Source: Nemertoderma westbladi
Taxonomy: Eukaryota > Animalia > Xenacoelomorpha
NCBI GenBank assembly: GCA_032718475.1
Contig: JAUCBJ010005239.1
Coordinates: forward strand, 1 to 33,734
Direction of reading: 5' to 3'
DNA: 33,734 bases
A program made the position numbers and the translations under genes. The number at the start of each line of letters is the position of its first letter. Positions within the stretch are counted from its first letter, which is position 1. Below the pieces are notes generated by a model. The model worked only from the letters and a program-made list of their open reading frames with translations. It was not told the origin of the DNA and did no database searches. Of this stretch, positions 23,552 through 33,734 are shown one piece after another.

Positions 23552-23895
23552 GGTGTCCAGAGAACAGGGACCAACGAGACGGTAAGGCAACGAACGGGAA
23601 GGTCACCTGAGCTACGGTCCAGAGAACAGGGACTAACGGGACGGCTCGTCCGGAAGGTCACCTGAGCTACGGTCCAGAGAACAGGGACCAACGGGACGGC
23701 TCGTCCGGAAGGTCACCTGAGCTACGGTCCAGAGAACAGGGACCAACGGGACGGCTCGTCCGGAAGGTCACCTGAGTTACGGTCCAGAGAACAGGGACCA
23801 ACGGGACGGCTCGTCCGGAAGGTCACCTGAGCTACGGTCCAGAGAACAGGGACCAACGGGACGGCTCGTCCGGTAGGTCATCTGAGCTACGGTCT
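23552..23895. repeat. 55-bp GC-rich tandem repeat (~6 copies)
   Basis: Unit GGTCCAGAGAACAGGGACCAACGGGACGGCTCGTCCGGAAGGTCACCTGAGCTAC. Confidence 0.95.
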
Positions 23896-24479
23896 GTACA
23901 ATACCGTTATGAGACGAGTTCACGCGTCGCAATAAAGACTCCCGCGCATCGTGACGGATATGAACGAGCTTAGGGAGATGAAGTGCACCGCACATGTAAG
24001 ATACACTTGAATCATATGGAAATCCAAATAATTTTCGAATTATATTATTGTACGCTACGCGAAATTATTAATCCTTACAAGAGAGCAATGTATTTCCCAT
24101 TTGTGGCCAGCCAGAAGGCCACAACTGATATAATACTACCAAGGGATATTTTAATGTTACCCCCCAGATCCCCCCCCCCCCCCCCCCCCCCTTCCCCAAG
24201 GAACTAGCTCTTGTCCAGCCAGGTTACAATGCGAATCTTTCAGTTTAGAAAAATGCCTTTGTTCCAGAAAATTTGGAATGTGGATCTTTAATATTTTTAT
24301 TATTTATTTTTTCACTTCAAATGGAAGGGGTTTTTCAGTATGCTTTCTCATTTTCCTAGGGGGTGGCTATAGCCACCACCCTCGGTACGCTAGTGCTTAC
24401 AGTCATAGTTCAAAAATTGCCGGGGGGGCATATGCCCCCCGTGCCCCCCCCCCCCCCCCTCCCTAGATCCGCCCTGTAA

Positions 24480-27400
24480 TGTATCTCATATAAACAGCCA
24501 AAACCAAAACCAAAGGTATGTAAAACTAAAGCTGAAACATTTAATAGTTTAATCGCTATTGATCTAACTGACTGGATCAATCCAAATGACAATAAAAAGT
24601 GTATTATATTGAATAGCATTGATGTAGCTACCATCAGGTATTCCGCTGCACAATTTGTAAAGGACAAGTATTCTGAACAAACATCATAGTGATAAGGATA
24701 AGGATCATGTTGCAGTTAATCCAAGTGAGACAGATCATAGTAAACATATACATTTTATACATAATTTCATGAATATGGGAGAAACATGACAATGCTGAGG
24801 ATAATTCCATTCCAAGTACTAGCATTGAACCAGATGAACATCAGGTAAACATAGACAGTTCAGAAAATGCTGGAAGAGACAAAAATAAAATATCAGCTAG
24901 ATAGGTGGATAATTTAAAGATTGATTCTAAGATGTTTGATAATATTGATCAAATAATAAATCATTCTCAACATAATAGGCAGCCTCCAAAAGTATTTGGA
25001 GTTGATGAAGTTATCATTTCATCTGAAAAAGATATAAAAGATATTGAAGGAGAAGGAAGCGAAGGAGAAGGAATTATAAAATTGGAAGGATTTCAATGTT
25101 ACAGAGTAGGTAGATAATACAAATGACACCAATCCTCTAATTTCATCAAGGTTTGTGATAACTGAAAAAGAGAAAGGTACTTATAGTGAGAAATCTATAA
25201 AAGCTAGATTGGTGATAAGGGGATTTGAAGATGATAAAACTGATATAGCAACAACATCATCACCAACTATTGACAAAGGAATATTACGATTAATATTATC
25301 TATGTCACATTCATTTAAATGGCGTCCAAAAATGATGGACATAAAGATAGCATTTTTACAAAGTCCTCTGAATAGAGATGTATATTTGAAAACCCCGGTA
25401 GAAGCAAATGTGCCAAAAGGAAAATGCTGGAAATTGCTAACGGCAGCTGATGGTCTGTCAGATTCCTCCCGTAACTTATTTGAAAAAGTTACTAGTGTGT
25501 TCGCAGAATATTGTGATTTGATACAGTGTAAAATAGATCCATGTTTATTTATGTACATGAAAGATAATGAACTGCAGGGAGTTATTTGTATTCATGTGGA
25601 TGATTTCATTTATGGTGGTTCGAGAGAGTTTGAAGTCAATGTCATTGATCAGATAAAAAGGAAGCTATGTGTTGGATCTGACAAAACGTCATCACATTTA
25701 AAGTTTTGTGGGCTGGATATTTGGGTCCATCCAGATATTAGCAGTGAGCCACCTTTGAATTGGATGTGGGGCGAGCCACGAAGTGAGTGAGCCTTAGCGT
25801 GGTGGTACCATTAATCGACCTGTCGTTCTGTCGTTCTGTCGCGTTTTTTTTCAGTATTTTATTTTAAACGTTAATAACTCGGCCAATCCTTGATGAAATC
25901 TATCCAAACTTGGTACACATGTTGTTTGGCAAAAGTTTGAGAATTTTCCAAGTAGAATTTGCGTGGGGCCTTCGTGCAGCATCAGTGTAACTGTTATTGC
26001 AGTTATAATAAATTTATTTATCCAAATTTAAAATGCGTTAAATTATTATTACTGTAGGATATATCAGCTGGGTTTCTGACAAATTTTGCAATTCTGCATG
26101 TACCATGTGTACCGGTACTGTCAGGCTGTACTCATTCCCTGAATCGAGAATCCTGCAATCAGTCAATACTGCAATACTGGTCAGCCGGTACCATACACTG
26201 CAGACATGCCATATCATGTAATCTAATTAAACATGGCCCCGCCAACCCTTGCGGTGATTATAGTTTAGGCCTAATTAGCCCAGTACCGGCACCGGTAATA
26301 ATAATATAATACAGTAATAGTTTAGATAGTTACCTGGTTACCGCTAATCATTCAGTCATTGGCACGGTACACCGTATTGCTGTACTGCCGTTGTAGTGCG
26401 CACCGTAGGTACCACCCTACTACCGGTACCGGCTGACCGCGTGACCGGTGGCAACTAGCACGTCAACACTTGCACAGCAACAGCACTACCGGCGATACAC
26501 AGGTTGGAATTTATGTAGAGTTTGCTCAACAGTACAGATATAAAATAGTTATCTAAATTATATATATTACTATTGACAAGTATTGAAATATATACCGTTA
26601 TTCGTGTTATCAGTATTTGCAACATCTGACATTGAAGAGGTGAGAGAAGATGAATACCGGCACTCAACAAAACCAACGCTTATCACAGGTCGGTATGGTT
26701 ACCTCGAAACCGGCGCGACTGTCCACTCGAATACAACTTCAAAACACAAACGCCAACAATAAACTGAAAGCGAATCGAACGTCTTCAGAAGAATCTGTCA
26801 TTGGGACGAAGAAAAGGAAGCCGAAACCACGGGAATGGACCACAGCTAAGATTCATTGTCAGAGTTCCTGGACCGAAATTGAAACACCAATTGCCGATGG
26901 GCTTGATCTCTCAAACCAAAACTTCCTCTGCGGGGTTTGCGCGGCAGTAAAGATTGAAAGTCTGGAAGCTGGCATCCCTAGGTATTATTATTATAAAGAG
27001 CTTCAGCCTGCGTTTAATAAATATATTTTAATACAAAACAGGTCGAACGCAAAGAGGCTTATAATGAAGACGAGTACTGCATTGATTATATTCCTATAAA
27101 CCACCTGGCTTTGCATATTGAACGTGCGTTTGGAAATAAGTTCGTGCTACCCTTCCGTGGGTGGTAGATGTCGCGGTTATGTATTGGTGGGTGGGGGGAG
27201 GGGGGGGGGGGTGCAGATTAAAAGGGGTGAACACGTACTGTCCCCCTTTCTTTGATTAATTGATGGTGTGGGTTAATCTCTCATAACCTGATTTTGTGAT
27301 ACAGTCGCACAATTTTAATTTGTATCACATAACTGGGCCTCGTGCTGCGCGAAGGCCCCACGAACGTGTGTCACAAGTGGATTATTTGGATAAAGTGTGT

Positions 27401-28157
27401 CAAATAAAAATTCCAGACAGGCCTGAGGAAAGTTTATTAGAAGCAGGTGAAATTAGAGAACTTAAGAGGCCTCATTGGTGAAATGCAATGGTTAGCAACA
27501 CAGACAAGGCCAGATCTATCTTTTGGTGTTTCAAATATTATGTCATTACTCAATGTTGCTTCAGTGCATTCTTTGAAGGATGCTAATAAGTTACTGAGAA
27601 GAACCAAGGCTTTTGTACCATCAAAATTGATATATAAAAGATTTCAAACAAATCCGGTTCTTGAATGCTACACAGATAGTAGTTTTGGTACAGGTAGTAA
27701 TGGAAGCAGTCAAGGTGGCTTCGTAATAGCTCTGTCTGCAGGAAACGTATTTAATATAGTCACGTGACAATCTAGGAACATCAGACGGGTGGCTCGATCG
27801 ACCTTTGCAGCAGAGACACTTGCGGCTGCGGATGGTATGGATACCCTACAATTTATTTCAAATATTCTTTCTGAAATGAAAGTTGATATAGAAGGAAAAC
27901 GATTGAATACTGATTCAATGAGTTATTTTGAACATTTAAAGATGGGTAACAGTAAAGTCTCAGAGAAACGACTTCGTGTTGACTTGGGGGCTTTGAGAGA
28001 AATGATGGGGGATAACATTAAGGTTCGATTCGTATTAACTAAGCTTCAATTAGCTGATTGTCTTACAAAGAACATTAGTGGGTTCATGTTATGGGAGATC
28101 ATAAACCATGGTGTATGGTACTCAGACAAGGCAATGAAACAACCATTAAAAAACTAA
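24480..28157 (+). mobile_element. Ty1/copia LTR-retrotransposon pol remnant (RT + RNase H; GalEa-like), 5'-truncated and interrupted
   Basis: SSRFVITEK, KARLVIRGFED, DIKIAFLQ, DPCLF, IHVDDFIYGG, WLATQTRPDLSF, YTDSSF..SQGGFVI, RVARSTFAAETLA, EKRLRVD, QLADCLTK; stop at 27765-27767 and frameshifts; left boundary approximate; no LTR pair recognised. Confidence 0.9.
25739..27365. mobile_element. ~1.6-kb insertion in the copia RT; Helentron/HINE (DINE-1)-like, possibly composite
   Basis: Splits GLDIWVHPD from VSQVDYLDK; inverted 20-mers CGTGGGGCCTTCG(T/C)GCAGCA at 25962-25981 and 27343-27362; hairpin at 27335-27358; CTGTCGTT microrepeat at ~25820. Confidence 0.62.
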
Positions 28158-28789
28158 GATGAGTGTGAATGTGCTGACCTAAGGCATAGCCTATACCGGA
28201 CTTTGTGAATAGGACTGGTTCTGGGTAGTACAGTGGTGTAACGGTACCGGTACCTGGGTACGGGTTATTGGTGGTGGTCGATTTATAATTAGGAGCCCGC
28301 TTGACAGCGGGATACTTACTGTAAAAATCTCAGGATATATGTGGCGAACTGGGCATTGAGAGATGATGAGTCCATCGATTTTAGAATCCCAGTTGCCGAA
28401 GGGAGTGCAACTGTGTGTCGGCTCCCTAAGTAGAGGTAGAAGAGATTTCTTAAGGTGAAGGTTGAAAAAGTTGATTTTGAGTGAAAGCGATAACTGAGTT
28501 TATTTTTAATAATTCAATGAATAATAAGGAAATAGAAGAGGAAACAATTAAATCCCTAAACTTTGTAGCAGAGGTTTGCACAAGGAAAGGGTCGTCGACT
28601 TGGAAGTGAGGAAAAAGTGGCGGACAGCTCCTTAAATACCTTCCCAGGAAGAGTCCTGATTGGGTAGCCAAGGAGACTGCTGAGTGGCCAGTTAGTTACG
28701 TTTCGATCCTAAGAGGGCCTGCCAACCTTCCCGCTAGAGGGAGGTGGGACAGAGTGCTGCAAAGACAGCAGATTACGTTTCGATCCCAA

Positions 28790-29490
28790 AAATGGGTACA
28801 GATAAATTTGAAAGTTCGGACGACAACCTGGCGGTTATTTACATATATAACACTGACTGACCTGACTGACTGACTGATAATTATCCAGGTTCAGGCACTT
28901 CCTGCCTGGCGATTTTGATGAAATTTTGCAAGTACAGTATATTGCTTTGGTGGTTCATAATCGCGTTACAAAATTTCAGATCGATTCTATGTGTGGTATT
29001 CGATATATTTCGTTTTTTTGACATTATTTTGTCGCCAAATTAAAAGCAATGGTAAAATAACAGCTGGTGTTCATGATGAAATATGGCTTAATATGTTATA
29101 CACAGTCATAGCAAAGCGTGTTGGTTGCCAAGTTTTACTTGTAGGCTATAAGGAAAGGCAATGTTTACTCACACATAAGCTGTTGGTTTCTAATGTATTA
29201 CCCCATAAGCTGATTACTCTCCCAGTGCTTCCTAATGGTAGATCTACAATAAGGAAACTAAATTTATTATTTGGCTCTATTCGTTGTTTTTTATCTGGTT
29301 GTGCATCATGGGCATTTTTTATAAATATTCGGTAATCGTATCTTATATGTTGTAAACGTGCTTGATAATGAAATTATTTGCTTCATATTATATTTTTGTT
29401 AGTGGTAGCTAAGTTACATTTTTTATTATGTGGGGCGAGCCACAAAGTCAGCTATCCTCACGCCTTACAGTTTAGACAATTGTTTAGTTT
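28790..29490 (+). mobile_element. Probable HINE/DINE-like non-autonomous element; boundaries approximate
   Basis: (CTGA)n microsatellite at 28853-28877, GATTTTGATGAAATTTTGCA motif, ATGTGGGGCGAGCCAC(A/G)AAGT at ~29428 shared with ~25764. Confidence 0.4.
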
Positions 29491-29679
29491 AGGCCTACTT
29501 ACTAGGCCTACAGCTGACTGACATAGTTCATTTGTAATAGTCTTGGCTAGGATTCTTCCCCCGGGCTCCTTCCAGCCAGCTTGCTGGCTTTCTAGTATAT
29601 ATTTGTAGTTTATTATGATAGTGATCTGATAGTTGTTGTAAGAAAGTATTATTGGAAGATATAGATATTGTAATTTTTA

Positions 29680-30670
29680 ACAGTGGGGAGGGACAGGGAG
29701 TAGTGGGGAGGGGTAGTGGACAGTGGGGAGGGGACAGTGGGGTGGGGCAGGGAACAGTGGGAGGGGCAGGGGACTGTGGGGGGGATGTGGGATGGGTAGG
29801 TGTAGTGGTATTGGTCAGTGGGGTGGGGCCGGGGACAGGGGAGGGGGTGGGAGGTGCAGGGGACAGTGGATGGGTGTGGGAGGGGTAGGGGTAGTGGGGA
29901 GGGGCAGGGAATATTGGGGAAGGGCAGGGGACATTGGTCAGGGGCAGGAAATATCGGGGAGGGGGTGTGAGGGGTTGGCGTAGTGGGGAGGGGACAGTGG
30001 GGTGGGGCCGGGGACAGGGGAGGGGGTGGGAGGGGCAGGGGACAGTGGGAGGGGCAGGGGACTGTGGAGGGGGTGTGGGAGGGGTAGGGAATATTGGGGA
30101 GGGGAGGGGAGGGGACATTGGGGAGGGGCAGGAAATATTGGGGAGGGGGTGTGAGGGGTTGGGGTAGTGGGGAGGGGACAGTGGGGTGGGGCCGGGGACA
30201 GGGGAGGGGTGGGCGGGGCAGGGGACAGTGGGGCGGGGCAGGAGACAGTGGGGAGGGGCCGGGGACTGGGGAGGTGGGCGTGTGAGGGGTATAGGAAGTG
30301 GGGAGGGGTAGGGGACATCGTCGAGGGGCAGGAAATATTGGGGAGGGGGGAGGGACATTGGGCAGTTGTGAGGGGGGCAGTGGGGAGTGGGGGGGGGCAG
30401 GGAACAGGTGGGGAGGGGGCAGTGGGAAGGGACAGGGGACATTGGGGAGGGGGGGCAGGGGGAGTGGGGAGGGGCAGGGGACAGTTGGGAGGGGCAGGAG
30501 ATAATGAGGAGGGGTAGAGAATATTGGGGCGGGGCAGGGGACAGAGGGAGAGGGGTAGTGGGGGTGGTGCGAGTGGGGAACATGAGTTAGTGGGGTGTGG
30601 GTATGGGCAGTGTTGATAGGTATGGGGCAGTGGAAGGGAGCAAGGGAGCGTAGAGTGGGCAGGGGAGTGA
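29680..30670 (+). repeat. G-rich cryptic satellite (G-quadruplex-prone)
   Basis: Shuffled GGGGCAGGGGACAGTGGG / GGAATATTGGGG modules over ~1 kb. Confidence 0.9.
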
Positions 30671-31243
30671 ATAGGGTTTAACGGGAGTGATGTGTGATGG
30701 ATTATACTTCAAATTTGGATCACAAGACTAAACTGCGGACGGCTTAAACATGGAATTAATAAGTTTAATTATGAAAGTTTAGCTTCTATTTCTTCTAAGT
30801 CGGAAGGTATTAATTTAGGCGCGGTGATTGTGAGTATTCCATATATGACTATATGAAGAAGACTTATGGTAATGAGATGGTGGGTGGCGGTATAGCTGGA
30901 GGGCGTTGGGCCTGATTAATTACACCGTCTGAGACAAAGAATCCTTGATAGGGAAGGATAAATTCCTGGAATAATGGGGATGCAGACAGGACAGTCGTCA
31001 CCGAGTCCAATTGTGTATTACATTTATGTATGAATAATTCCTGATATAGATGTTAAATAATGCTCAGATCGTCCTGTATCACTAACCTTGGATATCGCAG
31101 CACAAAATATAGGATAGCGCAACACTATCCTAGAATCAATGCAAGCCAGTCGGCCGAAGCCGGGGGCGACCCGAAGGCTCTTACCGGCCTTAAACCGGTC
31201 TTAAATCCAACCGGTCTAAAACATAGAATAATCCAGCACTAAC

Positions 31244-31426
31244 CTGGCATATCTCTTGAACTCATAGCTATATTTTCTCCGAATTCTTTATTCCCACTGT
31301 GACCGAACTTCCGGAAGATGCGATTTGTTCGGCCCATTTCTGTGACTCGATGCTTATCTTTTTATCCAGTTTCATTGGGGGAGCCCCGTGATTGGCCCGA
31401 TGGTCATTATGTAAACGCAACACGTC
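31244..31426 (-). CDS. GLIPR2: GLIPR2/GAPR-1-like exon (start of CAP domain A), apparent 1-nt deletion near 31310; upstream exons not identified
   Basis: DVLRLHNDHRANHGAPPMKLD...SQKWAEQIASSG / shift / KFGHSGNKEFGENIAMSSRDMP; ttgCAG acceptor, CAG|GTTAGT donor. Confidence 0.82.
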
Positions 31427-31603
31427 CTGCAATCACAACAAAATATTATCTTGTAGAGATGATCTCTCAACATTACTAATTGTACTAACTTGTACTTACT
31501 TAATTGTTACTAATGTAATTGTTACTAATTGTATCTATTGAAAACGAATAATTAATTAAATTAATCTTTATTATTAATTATTATAAACTGGAATGATACT
31601 TAA

Positions 31604-32358
31604 GGGGGGGGGGGGTCACCTTTTATAGGCCAAAAATTCAAAAAATATTTTTTGTTGGATTATTTTGCAGAATTTAATGCCGATACCGAATATGTGAGTT
31701 GTTGCTTCTCATTATGTAAAGTTATGGAGCTAAGGCGATTTTACTATTGTATGTTTTGATAATAAATCAAATTAACATTATTTATCCGAAAAAATGTGTT
31801 TCCTGACAGATAAACGGACTAGAATTCGTCAAACATAAAAACAGACATTGGAAATGAAATCAGCGACCACGAAAACCCTCAAAATTTAGGTCGGTCGTGA
31901 GTTATATTATATGTTGACAGGCATTCCAACAGACAGACAGGCAGACCGACGGACACGCAAACTGGCAGACAGAGACAGACAATTTTGCGCAGGAATGCCT
32001 TCATTTTATAACCAATTCGTTTGAAATTTAGTGAATGGTCTCTACATATTTACCAATAAAACTTCTACACAGAATTATAAGTTTAAGTGGAGTTTTGGGT
32101 CGATAATGTTAAGAAGTTAAACAAATTTGATTTTTTCTTTAAAATTGTCTGATAAAAATTTCAAAATTCATTCTAAAAGATTTATTGGGCAATATGGCAA
32201 GACAACTGCAATTTTTAAAAAATTGGCGGGAAATTCAAATATAAATTTTTCCTTGAAATTCATTATAAGAACTCACTAAATACGTATAATTTCAATGCAT
32301 ATATACAAACAAAATTTAATCCTCTGAAAACTGGAGGTGTCTCCAAAAGGTGAACCCC
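31604..32358. mobile_element. TTAA-flanked MITE with GG...CC termini (Kolobok-like)
   Basis: TTAA-GnTCACCTTTT at left, AAAAGGTGAACCCC-TTAA at right (TTAA 31600-31603, 32359-32362). Confidence 0.72.
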
Positions 32359-33734
32359 TTAAAAATTCGTACCACCCACCCTCCCACACACTCGCCTTGC
32401 CAAAATGCCTTAGTTCTTTCCTTTCTCCACTTGCAGCCATTTTTACAACAGAGTATCAATTTTATAAGTTTGGTGTAATAATTAATAGAAATAAGGAAGA
32501 TAATAATACCAACAGTTCACGAAACAGGTTGGAAATTAGCATACGTTTGGGGTGACCTGGAAATCAATCTCCACACACAAACACCTATCTCATATTTGGG
32601 CAATTTTTCCATTTTTGCCAGATTTATCGAACTGGTGACGCACTAGGGGGGGGGGGGGGGGGGGGGGGGGGCTCGCGGCGATGTTCTACGCTCTAATGTT
32701 AGTTTGACGTTGACTTAACAAATTTGTAGATGAGTGGGTAACTTTAAGGAAAACAATAATCTCAATAACATTAATCCCTAACGAGTACAACCCTAACAGT
32801 AACAGGCCGCGCCTGCCTTGTACATAAATCAGGCAGTTATAGTTCCAGCTATGAAAAGCTGATTCATAATAAATTTTGTATATAAAATCAATTCCCTAGG
32901 ATTCGTACTGTCCATCATTATACTCGGTACTGTTCGCACGTGGCACGTGTATGTAAAGACCAGTTCTGTCACATTATTTCGCGCCAAAAACATTGTTATA
33001 AATACATAATAAAGCCATGTAACAATAACATGGCGCAGCTGATGACGAGGACATTTAAGCCATTCACCCCGACTCTGTAATAGCTGTTATTGATATAAAG
33101 ATGAACACTTGACTTGCCCGTGGGAAAATTGTGATTGAATTTATATAGTATTTTGGCATAACAAACATTAAAAGTGCATTATTGACATAAAATATTTTTT
33201 GTCTGGGGAGGGGGGGGGGGGGGGGGGGGTATTGTTTGGTGGTATTACAAATTTACTATTATGACAAGGGTGGTCGAACTTGCGTGAAACTTTGTGACAG
33301 AGAGGGGAGGGGGGTTAAAAATCGCGTAGAATTTGCGTGACATACTTTATGAATACGATGAGCCTCCAGGGGGCTGGAGGGAAGAACTGGGGTGAGGGTC
33401 TTGCCACGTATATAAATAAAAGAGTTTATGTCCGTATGCGCATTTCTTTACTTTATGAAAACCCCCTTAGAACATAAATGAAATGATTAAATTTGTAAGA
33501 TGTACCCTGAACAACTCATCCCACCTAGAAGTCAAGAGGGTAATTGACTTTGGATCAATATTTGGTGGCGAATTCAAAACTTCCATCGGTCTTTCTTGGT
33601 TTTAAAGATTTAGCGGTTAATTACTTACTTAACTTAGTGCGTTCTGAATAAAATATACCAATTTAAACTTAATTATTTTTTCTCAAATGTGCATTTGTTT
33701 CACTAAAAATATATCTCCTCCGCCATTTCTTAAC

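Noticed and set aside
23895-23995. Gypsy integrase zinc-binding-like RESLLRRVNSSHNGIVQT (minus strand)
   Set aside because: First His and both Cys missing; too short to support
28430-28790. Copia PBS-like TAGCAGAG, and Penelope/hammerhead-like ACGTTTCGATCC (twice)
   Set aside because: No matching LTR pair; no CTGA-N-GA core with pairing stems
29528-30590. Pro-rich/extensin-like and Gly-rich ORFs
   Set aside because: Low-complexity G/C satellite open in many frames

Overview
AT-rich animal genomic DNA, probably from an invertebrate. It is not prokaryotic: it has GT-AG introns, tRNA-derived SINEs and a GalEa-like copia. Two convergent spliced genes are present. CHMP5/Vps60 is on the + strand (4 exons: 340-568, 865-1022, 1602-1748, 10570-10677; 213 aa). 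A GLIPR2/GAPR-1-like gene with at least two tandem CAP domains is on the - strand (exons 31426-31244, 23046-22864, 16863-16692, 16445-16207, 14407-14262; 5' end not found; one apparent 1-nt frameshift). CHMP5 intron 3 (8.8 kb) holds a stack of DNA transposons: a TTAA MITE, then an abutting piggyBac-ended element. The latter contains a decayed Sola1-type transposase and a second 4-bp-TSD element whose ORF became a 42-bp minisatellite ending in two acidic FxGF (TND/LEDGF-IBD-binding-like) motifs. The CAP gene introns carry several minisatellites, including about 90 tandem copies of the gene's own 5' splice site. They also carry a GalEa-like Ty1/copia fossil interrupted by a Helentron-like insert, plus MITEs and SINEs. 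Family assignments rest on remembered motifs; no database search was run.
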